Below, one piece after another: positions 40,161 through 49,556 of a stretch of 64,000 nt of DNA. A model generated the notes under the pieces. The model had not been told where the DNA came from, did no database searches, and saw only the letters and a list, made by a program, of their open reading frames with translations. Source of the DNA: a virus (Duplodnaviria > Caudoviricetes); IMG/VR virus record IMGVR_UViG_3300006874_000001, positions 479 to 64,478 of that record. One strand, 5' to 3'. A program made the position numbers and the translations under genes. Positions within the stretch are counted from its first letter, which is position 1. The number at the start of each line of letters is the position of its first letter.

Positions 40161-42624
40161 TATTCAGCATTTGATTGAAGATTCCACTCATGATATCACC
40201 TGTTTCTTCCTTGGCAGGAACCTCTTGAAGCTCACCTCTCATTCCATCTCTTTGCGAGATGAGTTTGCTTTGTTCCACGGCTTGCTTCTTTACTCTTTCG
40301 TCTTTTCTATCGTCTTTCTCTTTTTCGACATCAAGCTTTGACTGCTTGTCGCTGTCTAGCTTTTGAATCATCGCGTTAGCTCTGATCATCTCAATCTCTC
40401 TGTTAAACTCGTGCTGCATTTGAGCCATCTTCATGTCTAGCTCTGCCTTGAGCTGAACCTTCTGAAGTTCTCCTTGAGCAAGAGCTTGAATTTCTTGCAT
40501 CTTTGCTTCAGCCTTGGCGGCTTCTGCTTGCTGAGCAGCTTGCCCTTGAGCTTGAATCTCCTGCATTTTAGACTCTTGCAGCTTTTTCATACGCTTCTTT
40601 CTTCGAAGCACAAGAAGTCTTTCTGCCTGGTTGATGTCTTTCATATCTCGAATAGCCAAGGCGTCTTCAAGATCGATCTCCTTCTGAGCCAGGGATGCCT
40701 GGATATTCTGCTCTAGAAACGCCTTTTCAGTCTCCTCCATTTCCTTCACTACCTGAACACCGAAGTTGTACATCGGAAGGTCTCCAAAGGAAGACAGAAC
40801 CCTCATGTTTTCTTTTCCAATCGCATTCTCATAGGTTGAGAAGATGACTGACTCTGAAGGTAGGATTTGAAGGCATTTCACGACATCTTCGCATACCTTT
40901 TTGTAAAGGATCATCGCGGCGTTTGTGATGTCGTAAATGGCGTTGTTTCCAGCGTTGATTGCTTGCTCCTGAACCCCCACCAAGGCATCCCCTTTTGGTG
41001 ATGACGCATCCATGGCTTCATTGATACCAGTTGTATCTCTGATCATGGTTAGGTAGTGATTGTAGAGTCGAATTAGCTCATTGATATTCCTGATGCTATT
41101 GCCAATCTCTCTGACAGGAGGGTTTTGGAATCCTCCCTCTGGATTCTTGCTTCTGTAGTAGAAGACACCAGTCTGCTCGTAGATATCATGAAGGTCGAGA
41201 GGCTGAAGCTCTCCGCCTTTTCCTAGCTGTACGTTCTCCAGACCTTCAATGTCGATGATTAGTCCGTCTGGCTTTGCTTTAGCTACGGCTTGCTGAATCT
41301 TCAAGTGCGTGAGCTGAAGCATGTCTGCAAACCCGATGCAGCTGTCAACCATAGACTTAGGCATCATGTCTTGCAAGTTGGTTGCAATGACAGAGTACGA
41401 GGTTCTAGCTTTGGTGAGGTCGTGGACGTTCTTTGGAACGTTCATAGCCCTTCCGTACCCAAACAGGTAGTCTTTGGTTCCAAGGACGTAAGAACCCTTG
41501 TAAACCGTCTTCATCTCCATCTTGTGAGGCTTTCTAGCGTACACAGAGTTTTCTTTCTCCTTGTAAGAGAAACCCTTGTAGTAGAAACCAGAACCACCGA
41601 ATCGGTTCTCTTTCTCCTCAAAGTAGATTGTGTCTGTAGCGATAAACTCAAAGTCCAACACGTCTACCAGGTACTCATCATACCCGAAATGGGTTCTCCC
41701 TGTGATCGTGTTGTACGTAGACTTGCCGTATTCAGCTGAGTTGTTACCGTGCTTGTTTTGGTACTGCTTTGCGATCTTAGCGTACTGCTCTTCAGTAAGC
41801 TCGTCTCCCGCCAGTCTCTTCAGCTCGTTAATAGGGATTGTCTTGACATGACCGCCATAGATCAGGTCTTCAAAGTTTGGGTCTTCGGTTCTGCTGTGTA
41901 CAAACTTCTTTGGATCGACGTAGTTGATGCTAATCCCGTAGTTTGGGTCGTTGTATCTCTGAACAACGGCAATCCCAAGAGTAGCGAGGTCGTTAACGCA
42001 TCTTCTGAACGTGTTATCGTTGAAGTTGCTCCAGGACAGCGTCATGTTTGTCGCAATCTGTGCTGCGATCTCAGCGTCTGTCTTGATGTTCGTGTCCAGC
42101 AGGATCTCCGCCTCTTCAAGAGTCTCAGGAAGTGCCTCAGGGTCCTGATCAAGCACAACCCCAGTCTTTTGCTTCAGAGTAGCAAGCTTTTCTCTAGCTT
42201 GAACCTGCATCTTGACCTTGTTCTTTTCCTTGTTCTTCTGAGAAGAAGAAAGAGGGTCAATGGCCTCAAGATTTGGGTAGGGGTTCCTTGAAAGGATCTT
42301 GTTGACTACAATGCGAACAAACTTCGGCAAAATAGGTACAGGCGTGTAGTCGATGTTCATCAAGCTGCCGTCACCTGCGTTTGGATCCATGGTGTTGAGC
42401 AGACGCTTGTAGATGTTCGTGTCCTGGATGCCGTTGGCATACATCCTGCACCTGTCAAATACTCTTTGCCTCTCGCCGTGCAGAGAGTTGCTTTCTTGCA
42501 TCTTCCCCCACTGCTTTTCGATGGCTTTTGCGTACTTGAGCCCGTACTCCTTCCCCTCCTTTACTTCGGTGGGTGCCAATGGGTCAGGGAATCCTCCCTT
42601 GATGTCCTTCTCTGCCTTATACAT
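40150..42624 (-). CDS. Portal protein
   Basis: Downstream of TerL; YGLKYAKAIE, DYTPVPILPKFV, TGINEA.D and a Q/E-rich coiled-coil tail. ATG at 42624 is preferred. Confidence 0.88.
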   Translation of the reverse strand: MYKAEKDIKGGFPDPLAPTEVKEGKEYGLKYAKAIEKQWGKMQESNSLHGERQRVFDRCRMYANGIQDTNIYKRLLNTMDPNAGDGSLMNIDYTPVPILPKFVRIVVNKILSRNPYPNLEAIDPLSSSQKNKEKNKVKMQVQAREKLATLKQKTGVVLDQDPEALPETLEEAEILLDTNIKTDAEIAAQIATNMTLSWSNFNDNTFRRCVNDLATLGIAVVQRYNDPNYGISINYVDPKKFVHSRTEDPNFEDLIYGGHVKTIPINELKRLAGDELTEEQYAKIAKQYQNKHGNNSAEYGKSTYNTITGRTHFGYDEYLVDVLDFEFIATDTIYFEEKENRFGGSGFYYKGFSYKEKENSVYARKPHKMEMKTVYKGSYVLGTKDYLFGYGRAMNVPKNVHDLTKARTSYSVIATNLQDMMPKSMVDSCIGFADMLQLTHLKIQQAVAKAKPDGLIIDIEGLENVQLGKGGELQPLDLHDIYEQTGVFYYRSKNPEGGFQNPPVREIGNSIRNINELIRLYNHYLTMIRDTTGINEAMDASSPKGDALVGVQEQAINAGNNAIYDITNAAMILYKKVCEDVVKCLQILPSESVIFSTYENAIGKENMRVLSSFGDLPMYNFGVQVVKEMEETEKAFLEQNIQASLAQKEIDLEDALAIRDMKDINQAERLLVLRRKKRMKKLQESKMQEIQAQGQAAQQAEAAKAEAKMQEIQALAQGELQKVQLKAELDMKMAQMQHEFNREIEMIRANAMIQKLDSDKQSKLDVEKEKDDRKDERVKKQAVEQSKLISQRDGMRGELQEVPAKEETGDIMSGIFNQMLNNGQ

Positions 42625-42630
42625 TTGCTG

Positions 42631-42638
42631 CAAATATA
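42631..42638 (-). promoter_or_regulatory. Late promoter -7 element TATATTTG
   Basis: 6 nt before the portal ATG. Confidence 0.6.
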
Positions 42639-42642
42639 GCAA

Positions 42643-44751
42643 TTAACCAATTACTCTGTATCGCCTTAGGAATTTCTTCGTGCCGAAGTCAGCTGTCTTC
42701 TTTGGCTTTGCCTTTTGAGCGGCCAGAAGAGCCATCCCAGAGCTTATGGTAAGGTCAAACTTTGTTCTTTTGTCAATCTTAAATCCAATCCAGTCTTCTA
42801 GCGTTTTGTTGAAGTACATCTTCCCCATCAGTCCCGAGTCATAATTTACCCCAACGTGGTCATGAATATACGTCTCAATGGCTTGAGCGTGAGCTTGGAT
42901 CACATCCTGAGAGTTCGAAGGTATTCCCTTGGTCTTGCTTTTCATGCTAGAAGCAGAGCTAAGGTGCTCTGGTCTATCCATTAGGTAGCCATCGTAACCT
43001 CTTGATTCAAAGTATCTTGCGATACCGTACTTATTGTTTTCAATTAAGATAGGGTACCCGTAAAAGAAGGCGCACATCAACACGTCTTCGTAGAAGATCT
43101 TAGCTAGGTCTGGCCTCGATGCGTACTCCACCACAAACATGTTTGACGGGTGCTGCATATGGAACTTATTGAACATGTGCAAGGCGCCTTTCGACCCTCT
43201 TCCGTCAACAGTGGCGTCAAGGTCGTAGGAGTCAACGCCTCCACAACCCCAGTCGTGAGGCGCTACCTTTTTGCCCCTGTCATATTTCAACACATTCCTG
43301 TATTCTGCAGGAGGCATCCAGGCTACCTTGAACCTTCCATTAGGCGTTGGACTGAAGATGACTTCTTTGTCTTTCTCCTTCCAGACGAAGTTGCCTGTAA
43401 CTACTGGATTGGGGAATAAGTCGTCGTTGTGCTCGATCTGCTCATAGATCTTTCCGATGTTGAACAGGCTCCCCTCAATGCTGTCTCTGAATGCCTCGTC
43501 TTCGGTAAAGGGGAACTGACGAACAACCTCATTCAGCTCTGACGGGTCGTCTTTGAGCGCTTTTCTTTCGTTTTTGAGGTACGTCTTCGCCCCAATAGTA
43601 ACCAGCTCGCCATCAAGACCATCCACAGGGCTATCAGGATCTTCCACGATTGGATTTCCATACTTGTCAAAAAATCCTTCGAGTGACTCGTATGCAGGCA
43701 TGAATAGGCGATATAGTCCAGTGCGTGTTCTACCATTTTCATTCCTCATCTTCGGATCGGAGTCCTTCCACAACTCCTTGTACTCTTGACCACCTTTGTC
43801 CATCGGGTTGACGGTGCTTCCTACCAGAGCTTTTCCGACGATTTTTCGCCCGACGATCAAACACGTCCGTTGAATCCTCCAGGCGTCTCTTATGTCTGTA
43901 GGTTTTTCCCATTTTCCTGCCTCATCAAGGTACATGATGTGAAGTTTCTCACCATCGTACGCGTTGTTTGTTGTGTTTTTCCAGTTGATAACAGTATTCA
44001 AAGCCTCACCCTTCTGTGAAGTCTTGTTCTTCTTTGTGATTCGCTTTGATGGCTCTCTGAACGCAAGCTCCATACGAGGGTTGGTAGTACCATCCTGGAT
44101 AGGCTTGAAGAAGAAAGGGTAGCTTCTGAACATGAACACCACCTTCTTCATGAAGATGTTCTCTTGAGCGTCTTTACCAGTCTTTGATTGTATCCCTAGA
44201 AGTTTGTCTTTGACCTGCGTAGCCTCGTCAACAAGTACAGAGGAACAGATATTAGTATAGCCAGAACGGCGACACTTAGTATAAAGCTGACCGATACAAC
44301 GGGGATCAGCTTCGCACGCAGCCATGTGGATAAAGATTTCACGTTGGAACGCAAGATAGTCAGGATTCCCTACATCCATCCTGCTCCACTGTAGCATCAT
44401 GTAGTGCCTGCCCGTAATATATGTAGCGACACCATTGTTGAAAAACCAAAAGCCTTCACGCCTACGGCGAAACTCCTCTTCGATATACGGAGAAAACTTT
44501 TGTCTAAACTCCCTTGGCATCTCCCCCCACTCATCCATAGACTTAATCCTAGACAACTCCTCTGGCATAGGAATCCTCTGCCACATCTGCATGTCGTCTG
44601 GACGTCCATATCCGTGAATTTCCTCTTTGGGAGGCTGAGAGGGAAGTGCAATGAATAGCCCACCGAGTTCAAGAATCTCACCTTGCGTACCCTTGGGGCA
44701 AATTGAGACAACAAGCTCATCATAGCCCTCTATGTTCAGCAGAGTAGACAT
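42643..44751 (-). CDS. terL: Terminase large subunit
   Basis: KCRRSGYT (Walker A), YLDEAGKW (Walker B), VGST, and nuclease motifs GGVDSYD, LIENN and FDLTIS. Confidence 0.92.
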   Translation of the reverse strand: MSTLLNIEGYDELVVSICPKGTQGEILELGGLFIALPSQPPKEEIHGYGRPDDMQMWQRIPMPEELSRIKSMDEWGEMPREFRQKFSPYIEEEFRRRREGFWFFNNGVATYITGRHYMMLQWSRMDVGNPDYLAFQREIFIHMAACEADPRCIGQLYTKCRRSGYTNICSSVLVDEATQVKDKLLGIQSKTGKDAQENIFMKKVVFMFRSYPFFFKPIQDGTTNPRMELAFREPSKRITKKNKTSQKGEALNTVINWKNTTNNAYDGEKLHIMYLDEAGKWEKPTDIRDAWRIQRTCLIVGRKIVGKALVGSTVNPMDKGGQEYKELWKDSDPKMRNENGRTRTGLYRLFMPAYESLEGFFDKYGNPIVEDPDSPVDGLDGELVTIGAKTYLKNERKALKDDPSELNEVVRQFPFTEDEAFRDSIEGSLFNIGKIYEQIEHNDDLFPNPVVTGNFVWKEKDKEVIFSPTPNGRFKVAWMPPAEYRNVLKYDRGKKVAPHDWGCGGVDSYDLDATVDGRGSKGALHMFNKFHMQHPSNMFVVEYASRPDLAKIFYEDVLMCAFFYGYPILIENNKYGIARYFESRGYDGYLMDRPEHLSSASSMKSKTKGIPSNSQDVIQAHAQAIETYIHDHVGVNYDSGLMGKMYFNKTLEDWIGFKIDKRTKFDLTISSGMALLAAQKAKPKKTADFGTKKFLRRYRVIG

Positions 44752-44933
44752 CAGAACACCTGACCATACCGATTGCTTCTAAAGCTAGGGGCTCCAGATT
44801 TTGGGTTTGAAAGCTCCATATACTCACCGCACTTGTCGCAAGTGATCTCGTGACGAGCCTTATCGTTTACGAACTTGATCTTTACTCCTGAGGCTTCTTT
44901 TTCCTCACCGCATTCGCATTTGTACTTAGCCAT
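44751..44933 (-). CDS. Small zinc-ribbon protein
   Basis: YKCECG...CDKCG. Confidence 0.65.
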   Translation of the reverse strand: MAKYKCECGEEKEASGVKIKFVNDKARHEITCDKCGEYMELSNPKSGAPSFRSNRYGQVF

Positions 44934-44945
44934 GTCAATTCAATT

Positions 44946-45022
44946 TGGTACGCCTGACAGGATTCGAACCTGTGACCGTCTGCTTAGAAGGCAGATGCTC
45001 TATCCGACTGAGCTACAGGCGC
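44946..45022 (-). tRNA. tRNA-Arg(UCU)
   Basis: GCGCCTGTAGCTCAGTCGGATAGAGCATCTGCCTTCTAAGCAGACGGTCACAGGTTCGAATCCTGTCAGGCGTACCA folds as a full cloverleaf with encoded CCA. Confidence 0.95.
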
Positions 45023-45032
45023 ATAGTCAAAT

Positions 45033-45962
45033 TTACCTAATAAGAGTCACAAACCCTTGAATAGAAACAACTTTTGTTGATCTGAAGGTTTTTCCTTTGA
45101 TGGTCCAGGTGTAAACTCCGTCTGAAACGTAAGATAATCCACCCTCGCCAAACCACTTATCTGAAGGGTCTTCGCTCCACCAAACAACCTGACCCCATCT
45201 GTTGTAAACCTTACACTCCCACTCTAGCCAGCAGCTAGAAAGCGTAATGGGTCTCCAATAGTCGTTGATGTTGTCACCGTCTGGCGTAAAGACGTTTGGA
45301 ACGTGGATGCATGGGTCTTCACACGGGTCTCCCACTGGTCGTACAGGCCTGGTTGGTCTTACTGGGTCCACTGTGGTCGTGGTGTCTCCGTCTACTGGTT
45401 CTGGATCAACAGGGACAGGAGGTGGAGGGGGGTCGCAACCGCCGTCTAGTGAGAACTCCAACCAGTTGTTTGCAATGTCATCGTCTGGGTACGGGAATCC
45501 CCCAATACCAGGTTCCCCGAAAATGTCGTCGCTGTCATTGATCTGACTAACAGTTAGGATAACGCACTCCTCGAAGAAAGACCCCTCTTCCAGAGCCTCA
45601 TTCCAGCACTGTAGTGTTCCGCTTCCAGCCAAAGAAGTGTCATCTAGTATATTGAAAAGCACAGTGTCTCCAGCCTGAAGGATGTTGTCGCTACCCTCTC
45701 CAATGTCAAATCCTGGGAAGTCCAATGGGTACAGCAGGAGCATAAATTCGTCATCGCCAAAACAAGGCCATGGAGTGATCTCTAGCGGCGGGTTGAACCC
45801 TAGAGCGAGAATAAACTCACCAATGCTGTCTGCCTCTGTGCCACACTGTCCTCCGTTCACTGTGATCAATAGGTCTGTAGAGATAGGGTCAAAACCCAGG
45901 ATCTCAATGTCACACTGACCATACGAAATCAGAGGGATGAAGAACAGAAGCAGCTTTTTCAT
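45033..45962 (-). CDS. Secreted protein with type B T9SS C-terminal sorting domain (CHU_C, gliding-motility-associated)
   Basis: Signal peptide MKKLLLFFIPLISYG|Q, Pro-rich linker, and VPNVFTPDGDNIND...VYNRWGQVV...W.G...DGVYTW...GFVTLIR. Confidence 0.88.
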   Translation of the reverse strand: MKKLLLFFIPLISYGQCDIEILGFDPISTDLLITVNGGQCGTEADSIGEFILALGFNPPLEITPWPCFGDDEFMLLLYPLDFPGFDIGEGSDNILQAGDTVLFNILDDTSLAGSGTLQCWNEALEEGSFFEECVILTVSQINDSDDIFGEPGIGGFPYPDDDIANNWLEFSLDGGCDPPPPPVPVDPEPVDGDTTTTVDPVRPTRPVRPVGDPCEDPCIHVPNVFTPDGDNINDYWRPITLSSCWLEWECKVYNRWGQVVWWSEDPSDKWFGEGGLSYVSDGVYTWTIKGKTFRSTKVVSIQGFVTLIR

Positions 45963-47875
45963 TGTACGAAGATCTTCTTGGTTTTCGTGGCGCTCTTTTG
46001 AATGTAGATGCCTGGGGCTAGGTTCTCTAACGGTCCAGGGACTATCCTTCCAGACATGTCGTAGTAGACTGGTGAGGCATAGCTTTGATCGGTTTGGCTC
46101 GCGCCTTGCTCAGTGAGCTCAATGATTTCGGACACCTCTAAGCTAGTTTCTGCCGAAACAATGCAACCTGACTCCGCAAAGTAAGTCAGGAACTCAAGGA
46201 TGTCCATGACGTTTACCACGCCGTTTCCATCTAGGTCTGCGATGCACTCTCCTTCACACTGATAGTCACCGACAAGAATGGCAACGTCTTCCGCTCCAAC
46301 TACCCCGTCGTTGTCAAAATCTGCTGGGCACACATTAACCTCTTCCGTCTCCACGCAAAAATTAAACACTAGCTGGTTCCAGTCTCCAGAGACGTCTACA
46401 TCTAAAGGGCCTCCATTCAGCCAAACCAAGACTTCGCCTCCGTAAGGGATACCGTCTCCTCCTGTGTCATAGATGATCAGGTTGTAACAGCCGTTAGGTA
46501 GGCACGTCTCGTAGCTTCTAGTGGTAATTCCAGCAGGCCAGTTCCCGTCCTCAATGACAGGGTTCTTGCTGCCATCAGGCAAAAGTACCCAGTCTGTCTC
46601 TGATGCAAAGAAGTCGCTGGTAAAGTCCATCTCCCATAGCGCACCTGGCTCGTAAGCAACGCTACCAGACGCTGTGTTGTTAGCTTCGTACTGATCGCTA
46701 CCAGAGAACAGCGTCACAGAGAAGTCTCCCTGCAGTTCCACGCCACTGAACAAGACTTCGTAGGACTGCCCGTAAGCGATGTCGTTAAGCGTGTAGTTGT
46801 ATGACGCCCCGCTAGCTGTTAGGGTAACCGTTGCTACTGGGGTGGCGAGTGGGCCGACGCCTGTAACAGTTACTGTTACGTCCTGCTCGGGTAAGCAGAA
46901 TGGCGTTTTGTAGTCCACGTTGGATACAGCAACATCGTAGTCTACAGGAGGTACGCATGCAAGGTTGTCATTCCATAGGTCATACCTTCCACCCAACAAG
47001 CAGTCATGCATGCGCTCGGCCTGACCAGTAGTGTACATGTTTCTGCACTGCTCACCAGTGTAATCCATGTAGTTTTCTGTGATTGCGTCAGGACAAGATG
47101 GCTGGCTACAGAAGTAGTTTGTAGTGGTTACAGGGGTGTCACAAATCTTATCCCCTTGAGTCTCACAGTTGGTCTCTTGAGCGCAAGAGAAGGTGTTGGC
47201 AAAGGTGTGATCGATAGTCAGGTAGTGACCAAGCTCGTGAACGAATGTCTTACCAAGATTGAAAGTAGAGACAATCATCTTGTTCGAAAGCATGACCACT
47301 CCGTCACGACAGTCATTCGTTGGGCCTAGGTAGGCATACCCTTGAATACCGCCTCCGCCGTTATTCCCGTCGATCTCCGTCACAATGTAGATGTTGACGT
47401 ACCTGTCTACATCCCAACAGGCGTAGCTCTTCATCGCTAGATCATCCATTCCAGACTGAGTGGCGCTTGGAGAAACACCATCTTGCACGTACTCTGGCTC
47501 ACCTGACAGGTCGTGACGAGTGATCCCTGTTGTAGGGTTTCCATCAGGGTCTCTCTGTGCAAGGCAGAAGTCAATCTTGGTGTCAACTCCGCTGCCATCC
47601 CCAACAGATCCTGGGACTTTTCGAAACATCTCGTTGGCTCGACCAAGCATCTCGATGACCTGCTCGTCAGTGATGTTTGCACCCTCCCCAATGGCTTGGC
47701 CAGTATGCATGATGTGAAAAACGATAGGGAGAGTCGCCCCCTCAACGTCGTTCAAATCGACATTAGATCGGCTTGAAAGCCCCATTGTTTTGACATTGCT
47801 AGACAGAACAACGCACTCCTGAGAGTGCGTCATGAGGCTGATTGTCAGCAAGATAGCTGTTAAAATTCGTTTCAT
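45959..47875 (-). CDS. Secreted M43 (pappalysin/ulilysin-like) zinc metalloprotease with putative type A T9SS CTD
   Basis: Signal peptide ending THS|Q; LPIVFHI, HELGHYLTIDH, ICDTP and NYMDY (Met-turn); two dockerin-like EF-hands; C-terminal YYDMSGRIV...LAPGIYI...KKIFVQ. Confidence 0.9.
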   Translation of the reverse strand: MKRILTAILLTISLMTHSQECVVLSSNVKTMGLSSRSNVDLNDVEGATLPIVFHIMHTGQAIGEGANITDEQVIEMLGRANEMFRKVPGSVGDGSGVDTKIDFCLAQRDPDGNPTTGITRHDLSGEPEYVQDGVSPSATQSGMDDLAMKSYACWDVDRYVNIYIVTEIDGNNGGGGIQGYAYLGPTNDCRDGVVMLSNKMIVSTFNLGKTFVHELGHYLTIDHTFANTFSCAQETNCETQGDKICDTPVTTTNYFCSQPSCPDAITENYMDYTGEQCRNMYTTGQAERMHDCLLGGRYDLWNDNLACVPPVDYDVAVSNVDYKTPFCLPEQDVTVTVTGVGPLATPVATVTLTASGASYNYTLNDIAYGQSYEVLFSGVELQGDFSVTLFSGSDQYEANNTASGSVAYEPGALWEMDFTSDFFASETDWVLLPDGSKNPVIEDGNWPAGITTRSYETCLPNGCYNLIIYDTGGDGIPYGGEVLVWLNGGPLDVDVSGDWNQLVFNFCVETEEVNVCPADFDNDGVVGAEDVAILVGDYQCEGECIADLDGNGVVNVMDILEFLTYFAESGCIVSAETSLEVSEIIELTEQGASQTDQSYASPVYYDMSGRIVPGPLENLAPGIYIQKSATKTKKIFVQ

Positions 47876-48058
47876 TTAGTCTTCGTATTCTTCGTTCCAG
47901 GAGTCTTCCCAAAAGTAATGAATACCGTCGTTACCGTTCTGCCCGATTATGTTAACCCTGTTGTTGAGGAATACTTCGTCTTGCCACCACTTGAATTTAC
48001 TTTGAGTATCGCTCTGCAAATCCTCCTGTGTAGTCTTTTGCTTCTTCGATTCCGCCAT
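47876..48058 (-). CDS. Small hypothetical protein
   Basis: IIGQNGNDGIHY motif; start uncertain because it overlaps the upstream gene. Confidence 0.45.
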   Translation of the reverse strand: MAESKKQKTTQEDLQSDTQSKFKWWQDEVFLNNRVNIIGQNGNDGIHYFWEDSWNEEYED

Positions 48059-48284
48059 TTGTTTGTAGGTCTTTGATCATTTGGTCCAATCGCTGTCTTT
48101 CAACGATCAGTTCTTTGCAATCTGTTGCTGTTTGCTTGATAGACTGAAGCTCTGCTTTTCTCGCGCTGCCGTTGATTTCTGGGTCAACAGGCTTCTTGAC
48201 CTCGTCAATCATGTTGTCGATGGCTATCTCCATAGACTTCATAAGTCTTTCAGCAGCATCAATCGTTGTGAACTTCTTCCGCAT
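47997..48284 (-). CDS. Conserved helical protein, candidate terminase small subunit
   Basis: Helical with a C-terminal GFAER motif; the TerS role is inferred from position only. Confidence 0.45.
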   Translation of the reverse strand: MRKKFTTIDAAERLMKSMEIAIDNMIDEVKKPVDPEINGSARKAELQSIKQTATDCKELIVERQRLDQMIKDLQTNGGIEEAKDYTGGFAERYSK

Positions 48285-48864
48285 ACATCAAGTCTTCAGC
48301 ACGGGTCCGATAGTACTCTTTCCCGTCGATTTTGATTCTGTAGTCTCTGTTCTCTTTGAACCCTACGACGTCACCAACCTTCAATCCAAGATCCTCAATC
48401 CAAGGAGCCGTAAAAGCGACACGACCCTTTGTTGGTAGGCCCTGTTTAAGTTCGACAACTTCGACAACATCTGATTTTGTTTTTAGCTCTTCCTGCTCTA
48501 CTGGCTCCAAGAGAGTCCATCCAGCAAGAGGTCTGATCTCACCATCTTTGTTCTTATACCCGATAGCCTGGTTGTTGATGGTGTGCTCTGGATCGAAACG
48601 AACAAGGTAGTGCTTGTCGTGACCAGTAAGAACCTGACCCTCGTTCATAACCACCAAATGATGGAAGTACAAGGTGTCACCAGCTTCCACACCAGTGTCA
48701 TGCTTCATTGGGGCGCACACAACAGGCCCTTCAGTGACTCTGTGCTCAAACTGACTGCCCTCGAAGTTTCGAGTGTCGATGAACAATTCCAAACCACTTT
48801 CCGTGGTGATAGTGTCGTTGATAGGCTTTTCAAGCTCAACGACGAATAGATCCAATGTCTTCAT
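48259..48864 (-). CDS. GroES/Cpn10-like protein with two tandem domains
   Basis: PLAGWTLLEP...KTKS...KGRV...LKVGDVVGF...IDGKEYYRTRAEDL, with a similar N-terminal half (TTESGL, GPVV, VEAGDTLYF). Confidence 0.7.
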   Translation of the reverse strand: MKTLDLFVVELEKPINDTITTESGLELFIDTRNFEGSQFEHRVTEGPVVCAPMKHDTGVEAGDTLYFHHLVVMNEGQVLTGHDKHYLVRFDPEHTINNQAIGYKNKDGEIRPLAGWTLLEPVEQEELKTKSDVVEVVELKQGLPTKGRVAFTAPWIEDLGLKVGDVVGFKENRDYRIKIDGKEYYRTRAEDLMYAEEVHND

Positions 48865-49100
48865 TAAAAATTACAGTCAAGCTCCGTAATGCAGGGCATA
48901 TCGTCGATAGCCTTCCACAAGGTCTGAGAGTCGTCGGTGTCGATATAGATCAAAAACCGACTCTTGCCATACCTATGGAGGTGTCTGTCGTCTTGAACGA
49001 TAGCGCACACCTTACCGCCGCCAGCTTTCATGCCGACGTAGTAAGCCATAGCGTCTTTAGGATCACGTCCTACTACTATCTTTCTGATTACCCCCTCCAT
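48864..49100 (-). CDS. Conserved hypothetical phage protein
   Basis: IRKIVVG.D.KDAM.Y.VG...LWK. Confidence 0.65.
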   Translation of the reverse strand: MEGVIRKIVVGRDPKDAMAYYVGMKAGGGKVCAIVQDDRHLHRYGKSRFLIYIDTDDSQTLWKAIDDMPCITELDCNF

Positions 49101-49242
49101 AAGGAAACATTTTATTCAATTTCTCTTGTCTGCGCTTGCAGCCACAATCCTTTGTGACAGCCTCTACGGCAGATTTAATGCCAGTCATCTTCGTTACTCG
49201 TGCGATAGTGTCGCCGAGTCCTTTGTCTTTTTCAATTCCCAT
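49063..49242 (-). CDS. Small GLGD...CGC protein, 59 aa (not in ORF track)
   Basis: MGIEKDKGLGDTIARVTKMTGIKSAVEAVTKDCGCKRRQEKLNKMFPY...; fills the gap between neighbouring genes. Confidence 0.7.
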   Translation of the reverse strand: MGIEKDKGLGDTIARVTKMTGIKSAVEAVTKDCGCKRRQEKLNKMFPYGGGNQKDSSRT

Positions 49243-49243
49243 T

Positions 49244-49531
49244 TCAGTTCAAAGATATGCCAGTTCCGTCAAACAGATCTGACAGGTCAATATCATCGTC
49301 TGGATCTTTGTAGCTCGTTCTGATGAAGTCTAGAATGTCCTCTAGCTCTTCTCGGCTACTAATGTCATAGCTGTAGATAGCTTTAAGTCTAGTCTTGTCA
49401 GACTCAACGTCCTCAAGAATGCCCGTCATCATAACGGAGATGACTTCGCCTCGCAGATCGTAGTCGTCAATCAAACGGTCGAGTTCAATAGCCAATCTCT
49501 GCACTTCAAACAAAAAGCCTTCTTTCTCCAT
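49244..49531 (-). CDS. Acidic hypothetical protein
   Basis: Likely ATG at 49531 (MEKEGFLF). Confidence 0.6.
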   Translation of the reverse strand: MEKEGFLFEVQRLAIELDRLIDDYDLRGEVISVMMTGILEDVESDKTRLKAIYSYDISSREELEDILDFIRTSYKDPDDDIDLSDLFDGTGISLN

Positions 49532-49538
49532 ATATTTG
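49531..49538 (+). promoter_or_regulatory. TATATTTG promoter element for the inverted gene at 49557
   Basis: Same octamer as the late promoters, on the plus strand, 18 nt before the ATG. Confidence 0.55.
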
Positions 49539-49556
49539 TGAGTATTGTAGCCTGCC

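Noticed and set aside
44946-45022. tRNA-Arg as an attachment site or prophage boundary
   Set aside because: No duplicated tRNA 3' end, integrase or flanking host genes; phage genes continue on both sides.
5909-48849. Many plus-strand ORFs of 60-265 aa opposite the late genes
   Set aside because: They are antisense shadows of long minus-strand genes with no recognisable motifs.
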